The notes beneath the pieces were generated by a model that was not told where the DNA came from, did not search any database, and was given only the letters and a program-made list of their open reading frames with translations. Source: Ignicoccus pacificus DSM 13166 (lineage in GTDB: Archaea; Thermoproteota; Thermoprotei_A; Sulfolobales; Ignicoccaceae). From it: a stretch of DNA of 32,000 nt. Numbering within the stretch: the stretch's first letter is position 1; each line of letters opens with the position of its first letter. Below, piece after piece: positions 1-8,278 of this stretch. The stretch is from contig CP006868.1 of assembly GCA_025340205.1 (NCBI GenBank), forward strand, positions 1,650,001-1,682,000, given 5' to 3'. The position numbers and the translations under genes are program-made.

Positions 1-1
1 C

Positions 2-196
2 AAGAAGGTGGAGTCTAAGGAGTTCATTAAAGATGCTATACATAAGGTACTAGAGTTCATGCCTCCAGAGAAGGTCTACGTGAAGCCGGACTGCGGTCTA
101 AAGATACTCGGTGATAGGGACATCGCCTTCCAGAAGATGAAAGTGATGGTAGAAGCTACCAAGGAGGTAAGGAAAGAGTTAGGGTATGAGGAGTGA
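2..196 (+). CDS. metE: C-terminal fragment of methionine synthase (archaeal MetE-like, vitamin-B12 independent); gene enters from the left edge
   Basis: C-terminal motif VYVKPDCGLKILGDRDIAFQKMKVMVEATKEVRKELG is typical of archaeal MetE C-termini. The frame is open to the window edge, so the GTG at 8 is unlikely to be the true start. Confidence 0.75.
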   Translation, partial: KKVESKEFIKDAIHKVLEFMPPEKVYVKPDCGLKILGDRDIAFQKMKVMVEATKEVRKELGYEE

Positions 197-853
197 TCAT
201 TCCTTTTTAGCGTAGAGCTCCAGTAGGTTGCACTTCTCGTTGGCGCTGCTCAACGCGCCCTTGAACTCATCAAGGGAAGTTATCACTATGGTATCAGTTC
301 CTACGCTTATGTTTATCGCTATCTTGTCTGGACACATCTCTCCCTTTATCGCTCCTTGACACTCTTCGCCTCCTAGGAGACCCTCTATTCTGAGACAACT
401 CGTAGTTTCTATTTGGGAGAGCGCGTCGTAGAGCAGCGTCAGATCTCCTTTCGCAGCTGCGTGGAATTCAACCAAGTTTCTGAGTTCGACGGGAGCGGAA
501 ATAGTCAATGAGACTCTAGCCATAGGATTTTCCTCAAGATCTATTTCGACTTTGTGTTCGTCGAGCTCTATTATTTCCGCGTACCCCTCGGCTCTGTCTA
601 AAGCTTGCTCTAATATAGGAATAGCTTCGGTACCGACGAGCAGTCTTCCGTTCTTCTCAATTTCTAGTCCCACCACTCTATTCTTGTTCATTTCTATCCT
701 TATCAATACAGTATCGTTACCCACCCTACCGTCGAAGACTATTCTTCCTATGAACTTTTTCGAGGAAAGGTCGATAAGTAGGTCCCTCAAGCTCAGCTCA
801 AAGGGACCTACTCGCTTGAAGCCGATGGTCTTTCCTCTGCTAATGAAAGGCAT
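197..853 (-). CDS. Uncharacterised protein; N-terminal half resembles DUF4388/PATAN- or DUF2226-like sensor-type domains
   Basis: 218-aa ORF; pattern F-x-G-R-I-V-F-D-G...N-R-V-V-G-L-E-I-E-K-N-G...G-T-E-A-I-P-I-L. Two nt from the preceding ORF in a same-strand gene string. Confidence 0.6.
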   Translation of the reverse strand: MPFISRGKTIGFKRVGPFELSLRDLLIDLSSKKFIGRIVFDGRVGNDTVLIRIEMNKNRVVGLEIEKNGRLLVGTEAIPILEQALDRAEGYAEIIELDEHKVEIDLEENPMARVSLTISAPVELRNLVEFHAAAKGDLTLLYDALSQIETTSCLRIEGLLGGEECQGAIKGEMCPDKIAINISVGTDTIVITSLDEFKGALSSANEKCNLLELYAKKE

Positions 854-855
854 CT

Positions 856-1311
856 CTAGCGTTCACCTCCAGCCTTCTTTAACTCCTCGACGACCGTGTT
901 AAAGTTTGGAGTTTCTGGGGAAACTATGTACACTGAGAAAACGCTAGCCCCACGACCTATTAGTATGAACAAGTGGTCCTTGAAATCGCTCTTCCTCGAC
1001 TCGACGAAGAATATAACGTTCTCGAGCTCTTCCCTAAGTTCCTTAAACATTCTAGCCGTATCGTCTTGAAGATCCTTCCCTAAAACTAAGAAGGATTTGT
1101 GAAGTACTATTCTCGGTTTCTCATTAAGGAGTTGACCTTCAGGTGGTTTAGTCTTATAACCCAATATCTTGTACCTCACGAGCTCTCGTCTGCTCTGGAT
1201 GGTTATCGCGGAAACGGCAGTTCCTATCTCACTTAGTTCGTTACCTAACTGTTCGATCAGTTTCTTGAGCTTGTTGATGAAGTCATCGGCACCAAAGCCA
1301 ATTATTATCAT
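856..1311 (-). CDS. Uncharacterised 151-aa protein
   Basis: ORF with 4-nt overlap to the upstream ORF (1308..2048) and 2-nt gap to the downstream ORF, as in an operon. Confidence 0.6.
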   Translation of the reverse strand: MIIIGFGADDFINKLKKLIEQLGNELSEIGTAVSAITIQSRRELVRYKILGYKTKPPEGQLLNEKPRIVLHKSFLVLGKDLQDDTARMFKELREELENVIFFVESRKSDFKDHLFILIGRGASVFSVYIVSPETPNFNTVVEELKKAGGER

Positions 1312-2048
1312 GCCTTCACAACCCCCGTAACAACGTTTTTCGCTTTTTCAACAATTCTTCTATCTATTTTGAAGTTTATTGGAGGACACGAAAGAGGTTT
1401 AGCATGGGTAACTATCCACTTGCCCGGACTTTCTATTGGGTAATTAAACGCGTCCGCGCCAGTTATGGGTTCAACTTGCTCTGGCATGGAAAGAGAAGCA
1501 CCTATCACTACCTTATTACAGATCACGATATCGAGTACCCACCTATCAGTAACTGAAACTATGTTGTATGCCATCGTATCTGCCATCAACAAATCCTTTA
1601 GTGTTAACACCGGTGTATCAACGACTAGTAGATCACTTCCCCACTTCTTGTCGTCGACGGCTACAGAGCCGGGTTCAAATAAGTGAATGACCGGAAACAA
1701 TATTCCTTCGAGAACGACACCTTCTGTTACGACGACCTCTTTTATTAAAGAGAGGAGAGACTCTATAGAGTCCAACTTTATGTAATCTTTGTCATTGCTT
1801 TCGACGATGAGTTCAGGATCACTCATTTCTATTATGCTTATATCTACATCCCTACCTATTGAGAAGGCCGTTAAATCACCCTTGTACGCTATAGGTACAC
1901 CGTCAACCATAAGAATGTCCAAGGTAGGCCACTTGACAGAGATCTTACCCTTCAAGCCTTTAGAACGAGCATAGTTCAAAGCATTTAACATGTTCTTATA
2001 TTTATGAGTCAGCTGGCCACAACTCCAACATATATCCATAACCATCAC
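1308..2048 (-). CDS. Uncharacterised 246-aa protein, short N-terminal CxxC
   Basis: ORF with 4-nt overlaps at both ends with same-strand neighbours; contains CWSCG near the N-terminus. Confidence 0.6.
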   Translation of the reverse strand: MMVMDICWSCGQLTHKYKNMLNALNYARSKGLKGKISVKWPTLDILMVDGVPIAYKGDLTAFSIGRDVDISIIEMSDPELIVESNDKDYIKLDSIESLLSLIKEVVVTEGVVLEGILFPVIHLFEPGSVAVDDKKWGSDLLVVDTPVLTLKDLLMADTMAYNIVSVTDRWVLDIVICNKVVIGASLSMPEQVEPITGADAFNYPIESPGKWIVTHAKPLSCPPINFKIDRRIVEKAKNVVTGVVKA

Positions 2049-2617
2049 CCCGGAAGGATCCTTTCAATACCGAAGTCAGACAAGTATCTCAACGCAATTT
2101 CGACGATACGGTCCCAAGGGATATCGCCGAGTATTTCAACGTGTAACCTTGCTGTTCCATTATCGACCTTTAACCTGAATTCCCTGACATCGGCTCCTAA
2201 GGCCTCTAATTGATGCAGAAATCCGAGCACCGCTTTGCCCAAAGACACTATTCCGTACGAAGCCACGTATCCGCTGGCAACGTCGGAGCTCACGAGGGCG
2301 TCTGCAGACATTTCTTCAAGGAGAGAAATTTCTTCTGGTGGTGGGTAGAAGAGTATGTTGACGAGTTTGGGTGAACTCTTTAGATCGTCAAGCATCTTCC
2401 TCCAAGCCTCTTCGCCTTTTAACTCGCCCCATTTCGCATCGTGTATGGTACCATTGCATACCACAAAGGAGCCTCTCTTACCTTTGGGAATTTCTACCTC
2501 TATTTTAACACATGAGGAGTCCTTTATCTTCTGCATCGAGGAGACCAAACAATCTCCCGTACCGTTTGAATATCCTATGGGAATCAGCTTGATTAGAGTC
2601 GAAATAGTTGATCCCAC
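2045..2617 (-). CDS. Uncharacterised protein with a DUF4388-like N-terminal pattern (start probably GTG at 2617, not 2695)
   Basis: Pattern RGSFVVCNGTIHDAKWGELKGEEAWRKML. ORF track start 2695 overlaps the divergent gene; an in-frame GTG at 2617 lies about 25 nt below a TATA-like CTTTATTT on the minus strand. Confidence 0.55.
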   Translation of the reverse strand: MGSTISTLIKLIPIGYSNGTGDCLVSSMQKIKDSSCVKIEVEIPKGKRGSFVVCNGTIHDAKWGELKGEEAWRKMLDDLKSSPKLVNILFYPPPEEISLLEEMSADALVSSDVASGYVASYGIVSLGKAVLGFLHQLEALGADVREFRLKVDNGTARLHVEILGDIPWDRIVEIALRYLSDFGIERILPG

Positions 2618-2635
2618 CTCTAAACAAACTTCAAT

Positions 2636-2650
2636 AGAAATAAAGCTTAA
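2636..2650. promoter_or_regulatory. Putative shared divergent promoter element (AAATAAAGC / GCTTTATTT)
   Basis: A/T-rich TATA-like element placed 20-40 nt from both divergent starts (2617 minus, 2681 plus). Confidence 0.35.
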
Positions 2651-2680
2651 CTGAAGAGTGTTGAGGGGGTAAGCCCAATC

Positions 2681-3286
2681 GTGAGTGGTGATCACTCGAA
2701 AAGCGTGAAAAAGGTGAAGGACGCTAAGGACGTCTTCACTGCTGTCCGAACGATAAACAAAGGTATAGCAATATTGCTGCTACTCAAAAAAGACCTAACT
2801 TGGAATAAGTACGTACTACACATCAGCGAACACAAGCTGGTCTCCGGAGAGCCGAAGATACCCACAGAGCAAGACTTCAAGGATGCCATTCTAGCATTGC
2901 TAATAGTTCCTAAGGTAAAGATAGTCGAAGAAGGAATTGAGAGAGTAGTCGAAAGCGCCGGACTAGATATTGAGGCGCTGCCCGACGATGTTAAGAAGTT
3001 GGTGCAACTAATACCCGGAATTGAGCTATTCATACCTGACAAGGAGCTGGTTGAAGCCAGCGTCGGTGAAACTATAATCCCCCCTGAGCAGATAATGGAC
3101 GAAGTCGTTAGAATAGTTGAAAATATGATCAATGAATTAGGATTAAAGGGAGAAGTAAAAGTGACCGGGCGCGAGCTCTATGTAGTGATTAGCAAGAGAG
3201 TTCCCAAGAAGTTAGTACAACAATTAGAGAAGGCCCTCAAGGCTAGGCTTGGAGACTTGTATGAGGTAAAGGTAACCACGGGGTGA
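2681..3286 (+). CDS. Uncharacterised 201-aa protein, first gene of the MinD/ParA-like operon
   Basis: 201-aa ORF, GTG start preceded by GAGGGGG; six nt upstream of the ATPase ORF. Confidence 0.6.
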   Translation: MSGDHSKSVKKVKDAKDVFTAVRTINKGIAILLLLKKDLTWNKYVLHISEHKLVSGEPKIPTEQDFKDAILALLIVPKVKIVEEGIERVVESAGLDIEALPDDVKKLVQLIPGIELFIPDKELVEASVGETIIPPEQIMDEVVRIVENMINELGLKGEVKVTGRELYVVISKRVPKKLVQQLEKALKARLGDLYEVKVTTG

Positions 3287-3292
3287 TGAATC

Positions 3293-4201
3293 ATGATATT
3301 CTTCTTCGGTAGGAAGAAAAAGGAAGAGAGCATTGTAGTTGGAATAGACAAGGACAACGTATTCGGGACGATGAGCCCCAAGGGAGGTGTCGGTAAGACT
3401 AGCATAACAGTAGAGATAGCCTTCCTTATCGCACAGAAAGACATCAGCGTTGCATTAGTTGACTGGGATCTGTGGTCTCCCAGGTTGACCAGCAGGCTAT
3501 TGGGAAGCAGCGAAGGCCCCGGACTTTTGGAACTCTTGCTCGGCGAGGCTAATCCTGATGAAGTAGTCAGAGAGGTAGAGTTCACCACAGTTACCGGTAA
3601 GGTAGTTAGGGTAAAACTAGTTCCCGCTTCTAGTAAAGAAGCCTTGGCGAAGGGTGAGGTCAAGAGACTAGCAAGCGAACTGGAACATAAGTACGACAAG
3701 GTGAAGGCAAGAGCAGTTGCACTATCCAATTACCTATCCGGTCTCAATGACATAGTCTTCAATGACTACCCCGTACCAAGCGGACCAGCCCCGGCACCCT
3801 TCCATAAGATAGCCGCCAGTGCCACCCATTGGTTAAACATAGTCATAGACGCCGTCCCCGTCACAGCCGAATACGCTGCTAGGTACGTGGAGATGTTCTA
3901 TCCGACGTTGCCGGTATTCGTAGTCTTCGTCAACATGATAAAGCCTGTCCACCATGAGTACAGCGCTGCGGTAGCGAGGGCTCCGGAGCTATGTAAGAAG
4001 TTCGCCGCGAAGTACGTAGCATTCATACCCTTCGACGGAAAGTTATATGACGTGAAGGTATCCGGAGCAGCGCCCCCAGCAAGCATCAATTACAAGCCCA
4101 CGGAGTCTGCAGCTTTGAAGGTATTGAGAGATGCGGCGATGAAGATAGCCAGGAGGGAGAAGCCTCCGGGATGCGTCGCCCTACATCTAAAGGTTCTTTA
4201 A
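3293..4201 (+). CDS. ParA/MinD-family (SIMIBI) P-loop ATPase
   Basis: Deviant Walker A SPKGGVGKTS, A'-like ALVDWDLWSPRLTSRLLG, and INIVIDAVP as in the family switch/Walker B region. Confidence 0.85.
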   Translation: MIFFFGRKKKEESIVVGIDKDNVFGTMSPKGGVGKTSITVEIAFLIAQKDISVALVDWDLWSPRLTSRLLGSSEGPGLLELLLGEANPDEVVREVEFTTVTGKVVRVKLVPASSKEALAKGEVKRLASELEHKYDKVKARAVALSNYLSGLNDIVFNDYPVPSGPAPAPFHKIAASATHWLNIVIDAVPVTAEYAARYVEMFYPTLPVFVVFVNMIKPVHHEYSAAVARAPELCKKFAAKYVAFIPFDGKLYDVKVSGAAPPASINYKPTESAALKVLRDAAMKIARREKPPGCVALHLKVL

Positions 4202-4224
4202 CGATTAATAGGGGGTGAAGTATC

Positions 4225-4539
4225 GTGAAGAAAGAATGGCAGAATGAAGTCCAGAAGGTCCCAGGATATGAGGTAGCGTGGTACGTCGTCTATGAAGTAA
4301 GTGATGTGGAGATAGAGGTACTGGATTATGAAAACATAGACACAGCAACTATAAATACACTCAAAGGTATAGTTGCTAATATAATTCATGACTTAAAGGC
4401 AATATCCGAGAAAGAGCTGAAGGCAATACCAATAGAGAAAAGGAAACTGGACGTCGTCACCAGAGCTAAGGGTGGATACATCAGTATGAGCTTAGTTGCT
4501 GATAACATGCTAGTGATGGCAGGTCTTAGGAAGAAATAA
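4225..4539 (+). CDS. Uncharacterised 104-aa protein
   Basis: ORF 23 nt downstream of the ATPase, same strand. Confidence 0.55.
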   Translation: MKKEWQNEVQKVPGYEVAWYVVYEVSDVEIEVLDYENIDTATINTLKGIVANIIHDLKAISEKELKAIPIEKRKLDVVTRAKGGYISMSLVADNMLVMAGLRKK

Positions 4540-4541
4540 AG

Positions 4542-4916
4542 TTACGACAACTTAGCTATAACCACCCTTACTCGCGATCCGTCCCAGATGGCCCTTATAT
4601 CAAAGGGCGCTTCGAGCTCTGATTCTGAGAATATCGTCTTGAAGATGGCTGTCGTAGACCTTAATGATTTCGATGCCATTACAGCGTGAGCGAGGATAGG
4701 AACCAACTGCGAGAGGACCAAGTCCTTGCTAGGATCAACTAACACTGTCATTCCAGGATAGCTTGCTGAGCCGGCTCCCTCTCCCTCCCATTTCTCATTA
4801 AGAAGCTCCAATATTTCTTTGATTCCATTTATGTTCTCGCTGAGCACTTTTTCCATAGCTTCTATTAGTTCCTTGAAGTTGTTGTATTTGGCTACTTCAA
4901 ATGGCAACGTTCTCAC
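4542..4916 (-). CDS. Uncharacterised 124-aa protein
   Basis: ORF overlapping the end of the M17 aminopeptidase ORF by 4 nt on the same strand. Confidence 0.55.
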   Translation of the reverse strand: MRTLPFEVAKYNNFKELIEAMEKVLSENINGIKEILELLNEKWEGEGAGSASYPGMTVLVDPSKDLVLSQLVPILAHAVMASKSLRSTTAIFKTIFSESELEAPFDIRAIWDGSRVRVVIAKLS

Positions 4917-6217
4917 CTACCCATTTTCTTGAGAGTTCTCAGCATAAGTCTAGTGCCCCAACCGGTAGGATAGGGCGAGCACCAGCTAGCTCCGATGCTA
5001 TTAGCCATAGCCGGTCCGGCTATGTCTAAGTAGACCCATGGCTCTGGTGCGAATTCTTTTAAGAACAAGGCTCCCATGATGCTTCCGGCTTGCCTCTTCT
5101 TGCTTATGTTAGCTATATCTGCCGCCGGGTGAGACAAGTACTCCTTATACTTCTTGTATAGGGGCATCCTCCAGACGAGCTCTCCAGTCTCCTTCGATGC
5201 TTCTTCAACAACCTTAGCAAGTTCATCATCGGTAGCATAGAGCGCTGCTATGTCATAGCCTAAAGCTATTATCTGGGCACCAGTTAAGGTCGCTAAGGTA
5301 AAGGTTACGCTGGGTGAGTATTTCTTGGCATATGTTAGAGCATCAGCGAGGATCAAGCGTCCTTCAGCATCTGTATTAGATATATGGACGTACTTTCCGC
5401 TATAACTCTTAATGATATCCTCGGGTTTGTAAGCTCTGCCGGAAATCAAGTTCTCAGCAAGAGGTACCAAGGTAACCAAGTTAACGTCTAAGTTTAGCTT
5501 CGCTGCCCAAATAGTGGCCGAGGTCACCGCCGCTGCGCCGCTCATGTCAGCGTGCATGCCCTCCATGTAGTTAGGAGGCTTCAAGTCGTACCCTCCTGCA
5601 TCAAATGTGACACCCTTTCCAACCAAGGATACCTTCTTCCCTCCACCGTTGTACTCCAAGATCATGAGCCTGGGGGGTATGTCGGAGCCCTTACCGACGG
5701 CTAGTAGTAAGTTTAATCCTTCCTTCTCTAAGTCTTCCTTCTCTAATACAGTAACCGAGATCGGCAGACCTCTAACGACCTCTCTTACCCTATCAGGGAA
5801 GGTTCTGGGATTGAGTTGATTTGGAGGTTCACTAGCTAATTCTCTTGCGAACATTTGTGCCCTAGCATGTTCTAACGCTTCCTTCAACTCATCACAATCT
5901 CTTACAACAAAGTAAACAGTTCTTTCTTTTTTGTCAGATTTATACTTATCGAAGTCCCAAGCGGTTAAGGCTAACCCAGTAACTATAGCATACGGGTTGT
6001 CTACCTTGCGGAGGTCTACTACGGAGAACTTGAATTTCTTGAGTGATTTTCCTAAACCATATCCCGTTTCGAAGGGATCCTCCTTGTTGTAGACTGTTAG
6101 GAGCTTGAGAATACCATCCTCCTTAACTAGTAGCGACTTCACACCTTTGGTATCTTCAGGTAACAAGGGAACGCTTGCCCTTTCCAAGAGTTCATTTTCT
6201 GAATCAAGGAACTCCAC
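4913..6217 (-). CDS. pepA: Leucyl/cytosol aminopeptidase family protein (M17)
   Basis: LVGKGVTFDAGGYDLKP, MHADMSGAAAV and NTDAEGRLILADAL signatures of M17. Confidence 0.92.
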   Translation of the reverse strand: MEFLDSENELLERASVPLLPEDTKGVKSLLVKEDGILKLLTVYNKEDPFETGYGLGKSLKKFKFSVVDLRKVDNPYAIVTGLALTAWDFDKYKSDKKERTVYFVVRDCDELKEALEHARAQMFARELASEPPNQLNPRTFPDRVREVVRGLPISVTVLEKEDLEKEGLNLLLAVGKGSDIPPRLMILEYNGGGKKVSLVGKGVTFDAGGYDLKPPNYMEGMHADMSGAAAVTSATIWAAKLNLDVNLVTLVPLAENLISGRAYKPEDIIKSYSGKYVHISNTDAEGRLILADALTYAKKYSPSVTFTLATLTGAQIIALGYDIAALYATDDELAKVVEEASKETGELVWRMPLYKKYKEYLSHPAADIANISKKRQAGSIMGALFLKEFAPEPWVYLDIAGPAMANSIGASWCSPYPTGWGTRLMLRTLKKMGR

Positions 6218-6335
6218 CTTTACACCGGGTAACGTCGAAGGCTCCGAAGTAGTGCATTGAAGATTCAGCAGGGCTCACACCCGTTAGTCACACCTTAATA
6301 TCCCCTTTAAGGGGTAGCCTTAGGCACTTCATACT

Positions 6336-6355
6336 CGAGAAGTTTCTCGGTTTTT
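6336..6355 (+). terminator. Possible hairpin plus T-run (CGAGAA-GT-TTCTCG-G-TTTTT)
   Basis: 6-bp inverted repeat 6336-6341/6344-6349 followed by TTTTT at 6351-6355. The hairpin has a very short loop; T-run termination is the more relevant feature in archaea. Confidence 0.2.
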
Positions 6356-6359
6356 ATGA

Positions 6360-6411
6360 GCGATGAGGTGAACCGGCAAATCTGATAGGTGATGAGTCAG
6401 AGTTACGCCGA
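6360..6411 (+). ncRNA. Putative C/D box sRNA (2'-O-methylation guide)
   Basis: C GCGATGA (6360-6366), 15-nt guide, D' CTGA (6382-6385), 3-nt spacer, C' GTGATGA (6389-6395), 12-nt guide, D-like CCGA (6408-6411). Total 52 nt in an intergenic gap. The D guide is complementary to a GUAACUxUGAC-type sequence as in LSU helix 69. Confidence 0.6.
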
Positions 6412-6412
6412 G

Positions 6413-6760
6413 CTATATTTTGAAGAATATATGAAGCAGAACGTATACTATAGCAGCAATAATCAAGTTACTGAGCACAGTTTTCCATGTTAACTCTTTC
6501 AGCTTATCGGCGGCGGCGATGAAGAGCATTGCAAGACCTAAAACGTTTGTCAAGGTATAGCCTATCCAATAACCTATATCAAAACTGACTATTGGTCTGA
6601 GTGCCATTGCTATAAGAATAGCAAGTGGAATGTTGACGAAGCTATCGTTCCAAGGGGTTAATGGTGAAAGCATGAAGCCTATGAAGGCTACGGCTGCTCT
6701 GATCAGATGCGCCGGGCGTTTACGTCCTCCCTTGACGGTCTTGCCGGTGGTTCTCATCAT
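6413..6760 (-). CDS. Small multi-span membrane protein, uncharacterised
   Basis: 115-aa ORF with about four hydrophobic segments. Confidence 0.65.
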   Translation of the reverse strand: MMRTTGKTVKGGRKRPAHLIRAAVAFIGFMLSPLTPWNDSFVNIPLAILIAMALRPIVSFDIGYWIGYTLTNVLGLAMLFIAAADKLKELTWKTVLSNLIIAAIVYVLLHIFFKI

Positions 6761-6778
6761 CTCAAGTTTTGGAAAGCG

Positions 6779-6943
6779 CTAGTCCTTAATAAAACCGGTA
6801 CAGTAGATACACTTACATAGCTTAGAATTAGGATCGTACATATAGGCATGACAGAAGTTGTCTTGACACTTTATGAAACACTCTTCTTCACTTTCTATAT
6901 CATTAAAAGTTATGTCTCTTATCGCTGGTTCTATCTTCTTCAT
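6779..6943 (-). CDS. Small Cys-rich protein, 54 aa (not in the supplied ORF track)
   Basis: Manual translation: MKKIEPAIRDITFNDIESEEECFIKCQDNFCHAYMYDPNSKLCKCIYCTGFIKD*. ATG start, 6 cysteines, 5 nt after the stop of the upstream ORF and 18 nt before the next ORF on the same strand. Confidence 0.55.
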   Translation of the reverse strand: MKKIEPAIRDITFNDIESEEECFIKCQDNFCHAYMYDPNSKLCKCIYCTGFIKD

Positions 6944-6948
6944 CTCTT

Positions 6949-7254
6949 TCACTCTAACTCTTCCAATACTTCCTCTGGTATGTGAGCGGAGGGAGCTCTT
7001 AGCGCTTTACGGGCCAGCTCCCTAGCTATCGGATTAAGTGACTTGAATTCGTCAGATTCTATGTCTATCTTCTTTATCTTGCCCTTGTACTTATCCTTTT
7101 TCTCCTCTAATTCCTTTGGAGGTATGATGAATGCTGTGAACTTCGGGTTGGTCTCAGATGGGATCCTTCCAGTTGCAATGGCTACGTGAACCTCTCCGTC
7201 TAAGCCCCTCCTGGCTCTCACGATATAGACGTCTACGTCCACTGGCTTGTACAT
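6949..7254 (-). CDS. Uncharacterised 101-aa protein
   Basis: Intact ORF in a same-strand gene string. Confidence 0.6.
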   Translation of the reverse strand: MYKPVDVDVYIVRARRGLDGEVHVAIATGRIPSETNPKFTAFIIPPKELEEKKDKYKGKIKKIDIESDEFKSLNPIARELARKALRAPSAHIPEEVLEELE

Positions 7255-7288
7255 CTACTCTCCCTCTCGGAGCTTGAAGAAAAAGGGA

Positions 7289-8278
7289 TTAAAGCGCTTC
7301 GCGCCCTGTTCTAAGAAGTCCTCCTCCAGCCCTTCTTAGTAGTACGTTGAAGTAGCGGTCACTAATTTCACATCTCCTATGAGCCAGTTTAAGGGGTAGA
7401 GGATATCCTTTTACTGAATAGTAAATTAGTATTTTAAAGATCTCTTCCATTTCGTCTTCGTTAACATTTCCTAGTACCTCAACTACGTAAACGCTACCTC
7501 TTTTACTGAACTTCATATACGATCTACTTATCGTTACTGTTTCTTGGGGGCTACACCCGACCTCGAGTTCTTGTATGAAGGGTTTTGTGAAACCAGGAGT
7601 CTTTGCTAACACATCTATTATCTCTATATCATATATCTCCGGATCGTTAAACACGGAATTATCCATAAACGATTTGCCCACGTAAACCGTCGGAACCTTG
7701 CGTGCAATCCTAGCTACTTCTTTGTACATCTCCTTTTTCCATCCACACTCAACTCTTATGGCTTCAGCTACGTCGTTAGTATTCCTTACTCTTACTAATA
7801 GTTCATCTAGAGTACCCTTGAAGGGAGTGCAACCATACGCGCTCAAGTCTGCGTGACACTTGCTAGCAACGCTGAACATGCCATCCATCATCATAAAGAA
7901 TGTTGGATTCGCTTCTGTAAAATCGGAATAGAGTTCTGCCTCTAGACCTTCCATGTACATAATAGTTCTCTCTCGCCAGAACTGAGGAAAACGTAATATT
8001 CCCATCTTTTCCTTTTTGGGAGTCTCTTCAGTAGAACCCTTGGGTATTTTGATTACTACGGCCCTAACGGCAAAGACAGTAGCCGCGTGAAGCTTCTTCC
8101 TGTTGACAGAGCCATCGATAGCAGCTACGGGTATACCATCAGACCTTTCTGTAATATCCATCGAGTTCCAGAGTTCGTTAAACTTATCCATGTATTCTTC
8201 GGCGAGCGTCCTTAACGCGTTTTGTGTAAGTATCGACCTCAATTCAATTGAATCTTTAATTAGACCTTGATAGACCAA
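7289..8278 (-). CDS. nurA: NurA-like 5'-3' nuclease
   Basis: VAAIDGSVNRKKLHAATVFAVRAVVI near the N-terminus, a later acidic FMMMDGMF motif, and location divergent from herA. Confidence 0.8.
   Translation of the reverse strand: MVYQGLIKDSIELRSILTQNALRTLAEEYMDKFNELWNSMDITERSDGIPVAAIDGSVNRKKLHAATVFAVRAVVIKIPKGSTEETPKKEKMGILRFPQFWRERTIMYMEGLEAELYSDFTEANPTFFMMMDGMFSVASKCHADLSAYGCTPFKGTLDELLVRVRNTNDVAEAIRVECGWKKEMYKEVARIARKVPTVYVGKSFMDNSVFNDPEIYDIEIIDVLAKTPGFTKPFIQELEVGCSPQETVTISRSYMKFSKRGSVYVVEVLGNVNEDEMEEIFKILIYYSVKGYPLPLKLAHRRCEISDRYFNVLLRRAGGGLLRTGREAL

Noticed and set aside
552-902. Opposite-strand ORFs of 60-190 aa (e.g. 552..902, 2692..3132, 3178..3729, 9205..9558, 20842..21240, 27108..27485, 27230..27490).
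   Set aside because: They lie fully antisense to well-supported genes, have Ser/Leu/Thr-rich shadow composition, and no recognisable motifs.
2618-2695. N-terminal extension of the 216-aa ORF overlapping the divergent gene start.
   Set aside because: It contains the shared TATA-like region; GTG 2617 is more plausible, so the head-to-head coding overlap is probably not real.
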